In this document: one piece after another, positions 13,581 through 26,774 of the stretch
Numbering within the stretch: position 1 is the first letter of the stretch
How the letters are laid out: every line of letters begins with the position of its first letter
Assembly (NCBI RefSeq): GCF_001194135.2
Contig: NC_068982.1
Coordinates: 21,289,919-21,353,918 of the forward strand
Source of the DNA: Octopus bimaculoides
Lineage: Eukaryota
DNA: 64,000 nt
Direction: 5' to 3'
Notes under the pieces: model-generated
What the model was told of the DNA's origin: nothing
Seen by the model: only the letters and a program-made list of their open reading frames with translations
The model's database searches: none
Translations under genes and position numbers: made by a program

Positions 13581-13997
13581 TATAGGCACACGGCCTGGAA
13601 TTTGAGTTTGGTGGGATGGGTTGGTATTCAATTACATCAACCCAAGTACTCCACTGGTATTTAATTTATTGACCCGAAATGATGAAGGGCAAAGTCGACC
13701 TCGGCAGAATTTGGATGTAGTGGCAGCCGAAACACCGCTAAGCATTTTACTTGGCATGCTCACGTTTCTTATTTTTTTATTGCCCACAGGGGGCTAAACA
13801 TAGAGGGGACAAACAAGGACAGACAAACGGATTAAGTCGATATCATCGACTCCAGTGCGTAACTAGTACTTAATTTATCGACCCCGAAAGGATAAAAGGC
13901 AAATTCGACCTCGGCAGAATTTGAACTCAGAACGTAACGGCAGACAAAATACCGCTAACGTTTCCACTAACGTTTCCACTAACGTTTCTGCCAACTC
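13581..13997 (-). mobile_element. Two head-to-tail copies of tRNA-derived SINE family B
   Basis: Both carry rc of gagttcaaattc-gccgaggtcga-ttgcc-tt-atc-tttcggggtc-ataaatta-tac-ag; different 3' tails; second copy has a local 12-mer (ctaacgtttcca) repeated three times. Confidence 0.85.
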
Positions 13998-14479
13998 TAT
14001 ATACTTGTATAGCAAAATAAAGTAACCTGGCTTTTCTCTGAGATCTGTGTGTATATTTTAGATTTCTGCAGCCAAATTCTCTTAATCAAATCATTTTACC
14101 TTGTATAATCGATAATACTACCAGTGTTCTCTCAATACTTATTTTTTAATCCTTTATGGCAGGTTTCGTGTCACAATAGCTTATTCATAAGTTTCTAAAC
14201 TACTGACAAAGTAACAAGTGTATGCAAATCAGATTATGAAAGCTTTAATATATATATATATATATANNNNNNNNNNNNNNNNNNNNNNNNNNNNNNNNNN
14301 NNNNNNNNNNNNNNNNNNNNNNNNNNNNNNNNNNNNNNNNNNNNNNNNNNNNNNNNNNNNNNNNNNNNNNNNNNNNNNNNNNNNNNNNNNNNNNNNNNNN
14401 NNNNNNNNNNNNNNNNNNNNNNNNNNNNNNNNNNNNNNNNNNNNNNNNNNNNNNNNNNNNNNNNNNNNNNNNNNNNNNN

Positions 14480-14535
<56 letters not shown>

Positions 14536-14600
14536 TGTGTGCGTGTGTGTGCGCGCGTGTGTGTGCGCGCGTGTGTGTGTATGTGTGTGTGTGTATACAT
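14480..14600. repeat. (GT)n microsatellite next to gap
   Basis: Direct inspection. Confidence 0.95.
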
Positions 14601-17394
14601 ATATGTATATATATATATACATAAATGTGTATATCTATAGAGAGAGAGAGATGCATAGATAGATAGATAGATATGTATTTATGTATTATATATACATACA
14701 CACACGTATATATATACATATTATACACACACATACGTACATATATACATCCATATGACTGTTTGCTTGTTTGCTTGTTTTCGCTTTCTCTGGGTTTATT
14801 AATATAGTTTCTGTAACTGTATTACTGGATAGTTAATTTTTGAATTATTTTTAGCATTTCATATTCAGAACTGTTATTGTGACAATATATTAACTGAAAG
14901 GGAGTATACAACATAAGTATATATTTATCAATGAATGAATAAATCAACCAATCAATCAATTTATGTATCTATCTATGCCTCTCTCTCACTTTCTCTCACT
15001 CTCTTTCTGTATATATGTGTGTGTGTGAGTGTGTGCGTATCTACATAGTGTAAGCTTCTTTAGTGTGCCGATCCCTATAAAACAATTACACGAAAGTAAT
15101 AAAAATAAAGCTTACCTACATCAAAAATCAAGCATCTAATTTCTTCTGCACATCATGCATAGGTGAAAGCAATGACAATTTTTTTTTTCATAATCGTAAC
15201 TGTTCTTCTTTCATCCAGTTAGGTGTTCAGAGAACGATATAGCAAGATACATTTATGCTAATATTGCGAATCCGTGTCGTATTGGCATACGATATTTAGC
15301 TGTGAAAGCTCTGTACGTACAAAAGATAAGGTACTTCTATCTTCGATACTATGAACCCTAACCAATGTTACATAGCTCTAATCTAATAGCCTTACTATAC
15401 AAAAAATAGATGAATAAAATTACTGATTATCTTTAATAATATGCTGTCGCTATGGTCAGACATGTAAAGAATATGTATTTATTGGAGCTGAGGCTGTTCA
15501 TTTAAGGATGATTGATATACTGAAACAAATTTCATCTACCAGTTGATTAACATTTCATTAAAGACTGCATCGGATGTGAAGATTTAGTAATTACTAATGT
15601 TATCCCAATAAGACCACGCAACACAGAATAAGCTTTAATAAAAAAAAAAAAAATCCATTTACCACTTCAACTCATCGCAGCTGAAGACAGCTTAACTCTG
15701 ATAATTTTCATTTAATCCATTCAAACAAGATTACTACTTTGCCTGATCTGTTCACAGTCTCTAACTTGTCCATCTACATTTTCTTGTTTTGATTTTCCTG
15801 GTGGTATTTTTTTTAGCAGTTAGTCAAAGATGATTAAGTAGATACATGATCAAAGGCCTTAATCAGATGTCACAATCTTAGCATGTTTTATATGATAGGA
15901 CTTTAAAGTCTATTGTGGCCTTCATTTTTAAAACTATTTATGAATTAAATGTCTAATGCTTCTATTGAAATAATCCAGTTAGCTGACTCTCTCTTATATG
16001 GTTCTCCTCGTCCTTCTAGCAATAATAAAGTCTTATTAATGCACACCTAATATAAGCAAACGTGTGTTACTATAGTTCTTATCTCTTTTCTAACTTCTCA
16101 GATTTCTCTCGTTATTATAAGCACAAATAACATTAAAAATTACTGTTAAAGTCTATCGTAAATATTCACATATTCAATAGTTTGGTCAGCTAACATTAAG
16201 TAACAAAAGAAACAAGTTTTACGTATTCAATTTTCAGTCGCATATGCATCATCTGCTTTGCTTGCAGTGGCAGACGTACTGATGAGGAGGTTCCTTAGAA
16301 AATTTCCTACCATATTTTTCCGCGAATTTTCTGTAGCAAATCATTAGAAAGATAGAGTGCGAGATAGTGAGCAAACTTGTTACTATCGTAATCCCATAAG
16401 AAGAACAAGTTAACACTCGAAACCGAGTTGACAAACACCACCGCCAACACCAATATCACAATCTATCTATATGTCTATCTGTCTGTCTGTCTGTCGCTCT
16501 CTCATTCTCTCTCTCTCTCTCTCTCACTCTCTCTCACTTTTTGTATATATATATATATATATATATATATNNNNNNNNNNNNNNNNNNNNNNNNNNNNNN
16601 NNNNNNNNNNNNNNNNNNNNNNNNNNNNNNNNNNNNNNATATTTCGTTTATGGATTTGGTTTGCAAGATTCTTTATGTGATTTCGTGTGTTGAAGCATAT
16701 TCAGTTGTGTCTGGGGAGAGTCATTTTCTTTTTGTGCCTTATATTTTAAATCACTCACCGGTAAAATTTCCACTTATTTCTTATTTTTATTTTCCTAAAG
16801 TTTTCGTTACGTCTTGTAATTTTTTCAATAAACTTGACTCTGCTTGTTATTTACACTGCGTTTCTTTTCGTTTGTTTGTGCGCATGTGGGTGGGTCAGTG
16901 TGTGTGCCTATGCATGCATGCGTGTATGTATGCATGTGCGTGCATACATATATGTGTGTGTATGCACACGTATATATGTATGTATGTGTGTGCATCTATA
17001 TGTATTCTGCATATTCATGTGTTTGCGTGTCCATGTTTGTGTGTTTTATTTATGTATGTGTTGATGTGCATGATTGTATATGTATGCATCTCTGTCTCCT
17101 TCAGTGTGCATGTCTGAGTATGTATGTGTTTTGCAACTATATACCGTGTTTGTATGTATGGATGTGCTTCTCCATATGTGCGGAAACGTGTCTCCATATG
17201 TGTCCTTATGTGAAGTAAAGTTTGTGTGCATATATGGTCATGCGTTTCAGTCTGCATTTGCGTATGTGTGCTTGTCTGTTCATATAACCTATGTACCTAT
17301 CCGTCCGTATTTTGATCTGTTTATTTTCATTTTCATATGCTTACGTACATGTGCATATACACATATACATACACCCACACACATAGTGCCAAAT

Positions 17395-18583
17395 TTTGCT
17401 GTGAGTTGTACCTCCGTTATCGGCCTTGGATGGATGTCATTTAGCCTTCTTCGGATTTCGTTAGACAGTTGTTCTATGGGTTCAAGTCCGGACTGAGGAC
17501 AGGTCATGGCAATGTCTGGATGTTGTACTGTTGGAAGAAGTCTGTTGTTAACCTGGCACTATGGGTACTGGCTTTGTCATGTTGGGACACATGATTGCGA
17601 TGACGGGCAAAGTATGTCACAATGTGAGGCCTCAAAACTTGGTCGATGTAGCGAGCAGTGGCTACTCCACTGCGCCAGGCTTGGTTGATGTTTTTGAAGA
17701 CCACCGGTTCAATTTTATGGTTGAGCGCAATCCCGCCCTATACTATGATGCACTGTTCTCCCCATGAGTATCTTTCTACCACGCAGTCATCGACATGACG
17801 CTCAACCATTCTCCAAATTCTAGCTCTGCATTCTGCCAAAGAAATGCAATATCGACTTTCGTCAAAAGTCCTCCACTGCTGAAATCGCAAGTTCTGACGT
17901 ATTTAAGCCCGATGCAGACGCGTCCGCCGATGAAGGTCTGTGAGGAGTGGGCCCCCTAGCCGGACGTCGACAAGACAGATTTAAGGGTCTCAGCCGGTGG
18001 TGAACTGTCTCTGCACAAATGTGTCTGTGGTGAGTTCCTATCGCCTGCTTAGCTAATTCCGTGGCCCTCTGAATCGGTCCTGAAATTGCAATTACTGCTG
18101 GTGCTGATCATCACGTGCCGTTGTTACCCTCAGTCGGCCACAGCGTGGACGAGCATCCGTGTTGTTTCTAACATTGTATCGTTCGCTCAGCTGCTCAGTT
18201 GTCCGAATACTGCAGTTCAAGTTATTAGCAATGATCCATGGACGTTGACCTGCATGGACACATCAGATGGCTGGTTCCCTCTGATTTCGTGTCAGTCTTG
18301 GCATATTTCCTCGGTTCGGAAAACCATTACTAGGCAGGTGAATTTTCGTGCCCTTTTATACCCAATAAGTCAACGTTTTGCACATACATTATGCTTTTCA
18401 TAAAGATGCGTTAACGAGCATTACCATGTTCACGAAAAATGAGCGAGTCCGTACTCTACATGCAATCATTGTGTTTTCAGAAGAGAATGGTGTTGTGGGT
18501 GACTGACATCTTCCTGATCTCAAATTCCCTCCTTTGCGGGAAACGAATAATGCTTTACAGTGCAACGTCTCTTTTGTAGTTCA

Positions 18584-18586
<3 letters not shown>
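17395..18586 (-). mobile_element. Decayed Tc1-type (DD34E) transposon; one TIR at 18560-18586, other TIR not found
   Basis: ATG 18304 MPRLTRNQRE..; RPRCGRLRVTTARDD; TFDESRYC (D1); RYIDQVLRPH..SQHDKASTHSARLTTDF (D2); PQSGLEPIEQL.NEIRRRL (E). Terminus rc CACTGAACTACAAAAG abuts TA in a (TA)n tract. Confidence 0.9.
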
Positions 18587-18643
<57 letters not shown>

Positions 18644-19587
18644 TGAAAGTCAATGCGAGTCAATAAAGATTTTCAACTGTATAAAGGTATTTTGTTTATT
18701 TCAATTATTAAATAAAAAATGTTATGCAATTTTTTCATAAGGATGTTCCTAATCTTCCTTTCATTAGCACTTTTTTACAGTGCTAATAGATGCATTTTAT
18801 AATCCCCGTCTTTACCTATATTCATTACCTGAGTCTTTTAGTTCATTATAACTAATCTCGTGTGATATTCACACATGTTTTCTAGAATCTCGTTAGGTGG
18901 ATCCATTCAGTAATATTTCGATTATTTCCATTATAATGGAAACCTTGTGACGAAAATGCAATTGGAAATGTCCTGGAGTAAATGATATGAAGCATTTTCT
19001 GAATGAATATCTGAAAATAACATATATCCACCTACGGTTGATACTTTGATAAAACAAGGAGTTCATCCTTAAAATTTCAAGATTGTAAGGAAAAGATGAA
19101 TGAGCCTTAAGACTAGATCCATTACACTAATCTGAAATGACTAAAGAAGACTGATTTGGACACTAAATAATAATTTATAGCAACAAACTCGGCTGAAAAC
19201 ATTTGTGGAAATATATGACAGGATGAGGTGTAGTACGGTTGGTATAGAATGTAGTACATAAAAAGAGCACTGCAAGCATTAAGACAACGACTGAAGATGT
19301 TTCAAAACATTTTTTTTTTTTTTTTAAGAAGCGACATTACAGCTTGGCTGTGAAAACTGTTATAATTTAGTTGTAAGAAACTAAATACTCAATGAACGTC
19401 GTATTTTAGACTATTAATTTCAACTTTAAAGACGACTTTTTTTTTCTGGCTTATTGACACTTAGACTATATTTCGATTATTTTGTTCTCCGATTTCATCG
19501 ATCTCTTATTCCTGGATATCTACACGCTTCTATCTTTAAAAATGAGGTTAATAGTCCAAAAATTATAATATTATTGATTTACGACAC

Positions 19588-19715
19588 AGGCGCAACGCCA
19601 AAAATTTGGGTAAGGAGTACAGTCGATTGCATTGAACTTAGTACTTCACTGCTACATATTTTATCGACTTCTGACTGATGAAAGGCAAAATTAATCTAGA
19701 CGGGATTTGGGAAGG
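19588..19715 (-). mobile_element. SINE family B fragment
   Basis: cagtcgattgcattga...tattttatcgac...gatgaaaggcaaa...gatttg similar to other family B copies. Confidence 0.6.
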
Positions 19716-19862
19716 AAGTATAATAAATATTCATTTAAGCATTTACTTTAAAAGCATTTCGTGCGATGTATTTTTATTTTTATTTTATTTTATTTTAACT
19801 AGAAGTATATTCACCACCAAGCGGTGCATGTAACATAAATATTACGGGGGAGAGACGGAAAC

Positions 19863-19870
19863 AGATAGAT

Positions 19871-19942
<72 letters not shown>
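19863..19942. repeat. (TAGA)n microsatellite
   Basis: Direct inspection. Confidence 0.95.
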
Positions 19943-19943
<1 letters not shown>

Positions 19944-20343
19944 TAGAGAGAGGGGGGAGGGAAGGAGAGGGAGGGAGAGAGATGGTGAGAGCAATAGATC
20001 TGTGAAAAGAAGAAAGCAATTAATTTCACATCCGTTACTATATATCTTTGGAGACACATGATCGACATATGGGTTGAATGCACTTATTAGATGATATTAA
20101 TATTATTTGAACTGCCAGCCATAATTTAAACGCTACTAAAATAGATGTTCGTATTACAAAGTCGGAGTGTATACGAAACTAGCCAGTAGTTTAAATATTT
20201 CTATCAAAGTAATAAATGCAAAAGCCTTGTATATAATTTACGTTACAGGTCAGTCGAATTTGTTCCGAATATTTTCACTGCTTTTATTCAACATATATAA
20301 TGAGTAATTGAATTATGTATGTATATATATATATATACATACA

Positions 20344-20920
20344 TAAACCTAAAAAAAGGTTTAAGGATGGCATAAGGACTGCTATGAAGTCAATTGGAAT
20401 GGCTCCAAAAGATATAGAAGTCCTCGCTTCAGATCGAGTTGGATGGCGAACAAGGGTGTGGAGTGGAGTGAAAGCATTTGAAGAGGCCAGGATGATGCAA
20501 GCAGGGCTCAAGAGACATTTAAGGAAAAAGGTGAAGACTGAGAAGGTGAATGACAAGGACCTTTTTGTGTGCACAGTCTGTGACAGACCATGTCTGTCCT
20601 TGGCTGGCCTCAAATCTCACCTGCGAACCCATGGAAAACAAACCTAACTCAGCTATTCTGATTATATGTCTGTGCACACGTTTGAATGTGGTGTGTGCCA
20701 GAGGGTTTGCAAATCCAATGGGGGTCTTAAAAGACACGTTAGGATCCACAATGAGCAGAACTTACTTGCAGGTATTGGTAGTGCAAATCAGAGGTGCAAT
20801 CTGTGTGGGTGTTTTTTCAAAACACTGTCTGGTTTAAAAAGCCACATCAGACGCCATGAAAGGGCTAAGGTGTAGGTGCAGGATGTGGTCAAACTCTGTT
20901 TAAGGAGTAGACAACCACCA
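20344..20920 (+). mobile_element. 5'-truncated RTE-like LINE 3' end encoding three C2H2 zinc fingers
   Basis: KPKKRFKDGIRTAMKSIG...LASDRVGWRTRVWSGVKAFE matches the RTE/BovB post-RT tail pattern. It is followed by CTVC..LKSHLRTH, CGVC..LKRHVRIH and CNLC..LKSHIRRH in one frame broken only by TAA 20645-20647. Short 3' UTR with actc/gagt stem-loop; (TA)n both sides. Confidence 0.8.
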
Positions 20921-21404
20921 TATATATATATATATATATATATATTTTAAAGTGCAAAAGTAGGGAAAGCGTCATGAAAAAGCACAACAGTATAAACAAT
21001 ATTGCATTAATAAATAGATATATAAAGTACAATTATGACCATTTAAAAATGGTTTTGAGAGATCTTACGATCGTTTCATGAATATACTTCATTTCGAAAT
21101 GAAATCCAAATTTGATAACCATTATTAAGAAGTATATCCACTCGTCAAAGAAAAGGATGAATTACAGGGTAGTAAATGGAGTGAAGCGGATGCTATTTCA
21201 AATCGTATAATAAAGGTGTTTTTTTTACATTTATGGATTACATACTGAAGAGAAAAGAATTATGGGACTTCTGTCTACACACAGCCATTGATTTCCCTGT
21301 TTAAATGATCTCATTGTAGCTCATATAGATAATTATCGTTTTGCAAATGCACATGCTGTTACTTCGCTCGATATTAGTTTCTGATTTTTATAATAAATAT
21401 AAAA

Positions 21405-21615
21405 GCAGCAACCTGGAAGAAGCGTTAGCAAGCCGGGAAATTTGCTTAGCGGCATTTCATTGCTACTTAAATTCTGAGTTCAAATTCTGTCTTGGTCGAT
21501 TTTGTTTCTCATCCTTTCGAGGTTTATGGATTAAGTACCAGTTACGCACTGGAATCGATGTAAACAGCTTTCTCCATCACCCAAAATTTCAGACTTTGTG
21601 CCTATAAAAGAAAGG
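21405..21615 (+). mobile_element. SINE family B, near full length
   Basis: gttagcaagccggg..atgcttagcggcatttc..ctgagttcaaattc (B-box-like)..tcatcctttcgagg..aagtaccagttacgcactgg..ttgtgcctata. Confidence 0.85.
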
Positions 21616-23829
21616 ATGTTAAGGATGAATATGATGACGAGGAATAAAAGGAGGAATAAGATGATGATGATGCAAAGAGGTGGCAGATTTAAAGAAATAA
21701 AATTAATATAAATTATTAGTGCAACATGTATGCTTAAATGTTTATGGAATAGCAGTGTAGGCAGTCATGTTGACCCTTGTTTTAGAAACCGTATTTAGAC
21801 CTTAATTACACTTTTGTTCTTGAAAAATATCCACACGGTTGTCTTCCATAGACAGATCCACTGGAAAGAACAAAGGAAGTTTTAATTAATGAATGATTTC
21901 GTCATTTCTCGAACGTCATTTGAAAATTCATTGGAACTGGATGTCGTGGATGTTGGAAACGCATAGCCATATAAGGCAAAATAATGTCAGATGGCATCAG
22001 TATGTTTTCTGTGATGCATCTCTCCTATAATATTGTTTGCTTCCGTTATATGTTTGTGTCAATGCGCATCGCGATATATTCTTCCTTTTTAACTCAAATA
22101 TCGTGGAGATATTCTATCAACGTCGTAGCTGTTATAGGTACAGCTTCATACAATTCCATAAATTGTATTTTTCATCGTGTATTATCGCAATACTACACAG
22201 TGGCTGTGTGAGCTACGAAATCCTCATCGCCACTGTTATATCGCACATTTGGATGACCTCTACTCAACTGCCCCGGCGTCTAGACTTCTCCCTCTGTATC
22301 TACGTATTGGGCTAGTCTACTTCATCGCGTTGGGGCGTCGACACAATACATCGTAGCAGTTAGCGCTGTTAAAAGTGACAGCTTTCTTACTATGTACGTC
22401 AATATCTAATTTTTTTCATAAGCTAAGGCATTTTGGGACATAATATGTGAGCACACAATAACAACCAAAAGAATCAATTTTGGTATGATTCTTTGCACTT
22501 AATCTATTGATCTGTGACAAGATTTTGCTATTAGATCCCGCTGTTCTGTTCGAAAACAATTGAGTTGTTTTATTCAATCCTGCAACAGTCATTCATGATA
22601 TACACCTGTGAAAACCTTGCTCCTAATCTAAACATTTACAACGAACAAAAAAATCACCCACAATCATAATTCTCAGAACAGTCGCTTATTCGTCTCTACA
22701 CTCGAGCGTGTTTAAAAAAGGATCCTGCCAGGATGTTCACAAAGATATTTTACTTTCGCAAGTTGAGTATTTGTTGTGAATATGAAACAAATAACGAGTT
22801 GTATGAATGCGTATAGCAAATGCTAACCTAGACAATTCGTAGTATACACATGTTAAAGCACCCATCTAATGCAGTAGGTACACCAGACACTGTTAATTCA
22901 AACGTAACAAAAAGTTCTCTAAATGGCCAGATTAAACGTAAGTTGCAATGATAATCAATAATTTCAAGAGGACATTTGTGTATCTGCTGAATTTATATTA
23001 ACGTCGTATGATGTTGTGTGGAATAGTTTGAAAAAATATAAGCTATTTCGATTTGAATTCAATAATAATATAATTCCTTTTTAATCAAAGATACAGTTTG
23101 CAATGGCGATGAAAGAGTATCATAAAGATAAGAAAGTTAGATCAGATACGATGATTTGAAGTAGGAAATAAATGAATTTGGTTGTAGAAAGTGAGGGCTA
23201 TATTTGTTGTTGTTGGGACATTGGACTATATAAAATAAGAAGTTGAAAAAGTGAACTGAAAAGATAGGGCTAATTGAGAGAATAGAACGTCAATGAAAGA
23301 CAATGCCGCTTGGAACTGCACGAAACTTCCGCAGAAGACACAAAATAGGAATGAAAATATTACTTAAGTCAGCTGGTCGCAAACACTTGAGAAAGTTTTA
23401 AATTCTCAATTAAAATTGTTATGTTAAACAACACCAGCAACATCATCATTATTATCATCATCAACAACAACAACAACAACAACAACAATTAAACAATGTA
23501 AAATCTTTATTGTAATAAATAAATATCAAAGCAAATAAGAAATTATTCGATTTCAAATCTTCACCACGTAACACAAATTTTCCAGCAAGATTACATTTCA
23601 AAACATTGTTGAGGGCAAAAGCGAAAGAATAGCAGAGCCTTATAAAAATAATAGACGTTGCTATATAAATACACGCGCGGGCCTACATATCAGTGTGTGT
23701 GTGTGTGCGTATGTGTGTGTGTGTAGATATAGATATAGTTATATACGTATATATGTTTGAATATTTACAGTCATACATAAATACATAAATACATGTCTAT
23801 CTATCTATCTATCTACCTATGTATACATG

Positions 23830-24660
23830 CTTAGAACACTTGGAATACTTAGAAGAGTTTCGGTCAGAATGTTCCAGGCTATGGCTAATTTAATAGTAAC
23901 ATCTGGAAAAGACATTTTAATGATATTTCACATTACAGTCATTGTTTGGGTGCCATTGTCTATTCGAGTATGGAGCTTTTGTTTGCAGATGTATATCTGT
24001 AATTTTCGAGAGATCTTCGTTCACAAAGTCATTTGAATGTTATATCTTTTTTTCCCTCGTCTGTGTCATGACATGATGACATGATGTTAAAGGGATTAAG
24101 GCAAGTTGTGTATTAATGTTGTATTGGTACGTGGGCATGATTTTGCAGAGGACGGATGACAAGACGACCAAGATCTGGGTGAATTTTAAAGTTGATGCGA
24201 ACAAAATCTGGGCAATACGGTTGGAATATATTATACCTTCTGGCAGCATTTGAGTGAATAAAGTTTGATTTTCTCGAGACGATCTCAATAATCAAGACTG
24301 TTACGACTTTTATTGTTCTTGTGGTCGATATCCGGAGTGCTTCAAATTTAATGATATTTTTTTTCGTGCTGGGAAAGCACAGTAGACAGCAATACTCAAG
24401 GTGGAGACAGGTGAAGGTGAAAAAGAGAAAGATAACGGTAGGAGCTTATCTAGATCGAAAAGTTCTAAGGATCTAGCAGCACACAGAATAGGCCATGTCG
24501 ACCTTGTTGTTAATGTGGTCACCCCTTCAAGGCGCTAGATGCGAATCCGTCAGGGACTGCAGCTGAATTGCTTGTAATTTTCTTAATAGCTGCTACGATA
24601 TCCAGGACGCCAAATGATATGAGGAGTAACCATGTTGTGACTGATGGAAGTAGAGCAGTA
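23830..24660 (-). mobile_element. CR1-group LINE 3' fragment with internal deletion of the RT core
   Basis: DIVAAIKKITSNSAAVPDGF..ALK (pre-RT) is joined at ~24522 to DHINNKVDMA. Then HLEYCC (24386-24403)..NIIKFEAL, LDY.DRLEKIKLYSL, FKIHPDLGRL.IRPLQ and YTSANKSSILE. The probable 3' UTR ends near 23830 beside an (ATCT)n tract. Confidence 0.8.
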
Positions 24661-26669
24661 TTGTTTCTGCAGAATCTCACCCTAGTCTACTGCGTCAATA
24701 CACAGTATGTCATCTTCATCTGCGTGTGTTTTTGTGTGCGTGTGTGCCTGGGGAACGTGTATTGACAAAAGTTAGTGCTTGCAAATAAGGGAAATAACAC
24801 AATAGACTACGTAGACATTTTAATTCATCAGGAGCGTATTATTTTCGAATACTAAATCTGTTTCACGGTTCCAATTGATAAAATGATACTTGTGGCAATA
24901 GGTCAAACGTTCAATCAATTAATCAATATATACATGTGTGTATGTGTGTATGTGTCTGTGTCTGTGTCTGTGTGTAGTTGTCTGGTGTACACATAGCTTA
25001 TGCATAATACGATCATGTAAATCCTAGAAGGCACGTTTGAAATTGTACACGTGTAAAACGAGAATTAACTCGATCAAATACTTTTGATTTGTCTATGTAG
25101 AACAGGAGGTTAGAAGTATTGAAGTGTTTAGTATTGATGTATAGCTATCAGAAGCGTTAATGATATCGAGAAGAAGAAGCGAAAATGAAGTATTTTCACC
25201 CCTTTCACTTTTCCTTCCATTCAATCATTATTTCTTCTACTTGTTTTGGGGGGGATTTTTATAATGCTGTTTTTATATTATTTCGGTTCATGTATTAATT
25301 TTTTATTATTTCCCCTCCATATTTTTTTTTTTCAATATTTTTCCTTTTTTTTGTGTGTGTGTGTGTGTGTGTGTTTCATCTGAAGTCATTGCGGAATACA
25401 TCATAGCTTAAAAAGAATATTTTTACCGTATAATCCATCGGAAAAAGCCACAAAGATTCGCAGTTCAAAAGTTATATTGAACACTGTAAAGATANNNNNN
25501 NNNNNNNNNNNNNNNNNNNNNNNNNNNNNNNNNNNNNNNNNNNNNNNNNNNNNNNNNNNNNNNNNNNNNNNNNNNNNNNNNNNNNNNNNNNNNNNNNNNN
25601 NNNNNNNNNNNNNNNNNNNNNNNNNNNNNNNNNNNNNNNNNNNNNNNNNNNNNNNNNNNNNNNNNNNNNNNNNNNNNNNNNNNNNNNNNNNNNNNNNNNN
25701 NNNNNNNNNNNNNNNNNNNNNNNNNNNNNNNNNNNNNNNNNNNNNNNNNNNNNNNNNNNNNNNNNNNNNNNNNNNNNNNNNNNNNNNNNNNNNNNNNNNN
25801 NNNNNNNNNNNNNNNNNNNNNNNNNNNNNNNNNNNNNNNNNNNNNNNNNNNNNNNNNNNNNNNNNNNNNNNNNNNNNNNNNNNNNNNNNNNNNNNNNNNN
25901 NNNNNNNNNNNNNNNNNNNNNNNNNNNNNNNNNNNNNNNNNNNNNNNNNNNNNNNNNNNNNNNNNNNNNNNNNNNNNNNNNNNNNNNNNNNNNNNNNNNN
26001 NNNNNNNNNNNNNNNNNNNNNNNNNNNNNNNNNNNNNNNNNNNNNNNNNNNNNNNNNNNNNNNNNNNNNNNNNNNNNNNNNNNNNNNNNNNNNNNNNNNN
26101 NNNNNNNNNNNNNNNNNNNNNNNNNNNNNNNNNNNNNNNNNNNNNNNNNNNNNNNNNNNNNNNNNNNNNNNNNNNNNNNNNNNNNNNNNNNNNNNNNNNN
26201 NNNNNNNNNNNNNNNNNNNNNNNNNNNNNNNNNNNNNNNNNNNNNNNNNNNNNNNNNNNNNNNNNNNNNNNNNNNNNNNNNNNNNNNNNNNNNNNNNNNN
26301 NNNNNTATATATATATACATACATGTATGAATGTCTCTATGTATGTATACACACATATACACACACGCACATATATATATATATATATGTACATAAACAT
26401 ATATACATACATGCAATACTCACAACACAGCACATATATATGAGTACATGTGGATGTATATAAGTATCCATGATATGATATTGCGTTTGTTCATTTTTAC
26501 TTCTTTTACAATTCTATATTGATCAAACGCTTCTCTCGGATTTTTTGACGTATCTCTCATCGCACGATCTTTCTTTCTTTTGCGTTTATGTCCTACTCTT
26601 TTGTTTAATGCCATTATGTTTCACTTGAACTCGTCTATTATTTCTTTCGTTTACTTGGTCATTAAATAA

Positions 26670-26724
<55 letters not shown>
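26670..26724. repeat. (TATC)n microsatellite
   Basis: Direct inspection. Confidence 0.95.
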
Positions 26725-26726
<2 letters not shown>

Positions 26727-26739
26727 CCGGTCTCTCTTC

Positions 26740-26774
<35 letters not shown>

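Noticed and set aside
15219-15330. Short open frame bounded by AG and GT, possible host exon
   Set aside because: No recognisable protein similarity; such sites are common by chance.
16270-16312. CTGATGA-GGAGGTTCC-TTA-GAAAATTTC hammerhead-like string
   Set aside because: Extra bases precede GAAA and stem I cannot be paired in register; single occurrence.
20315-20875. Host C2H2 zinc-finger gene
   Set aside because: Upstream residues match a LINE post-RT tail, there are no TGEKP linkers, the ATG lies in a microsatellite and both flanks are (TA)n; called a LINE fragment instead.
22200-22370. Possible transposase remnant (W..TQ.PRRLDFSL)
   Set aside because: Only a vague resemblance to WPP.SPDLNPLD; no flanking motifs.
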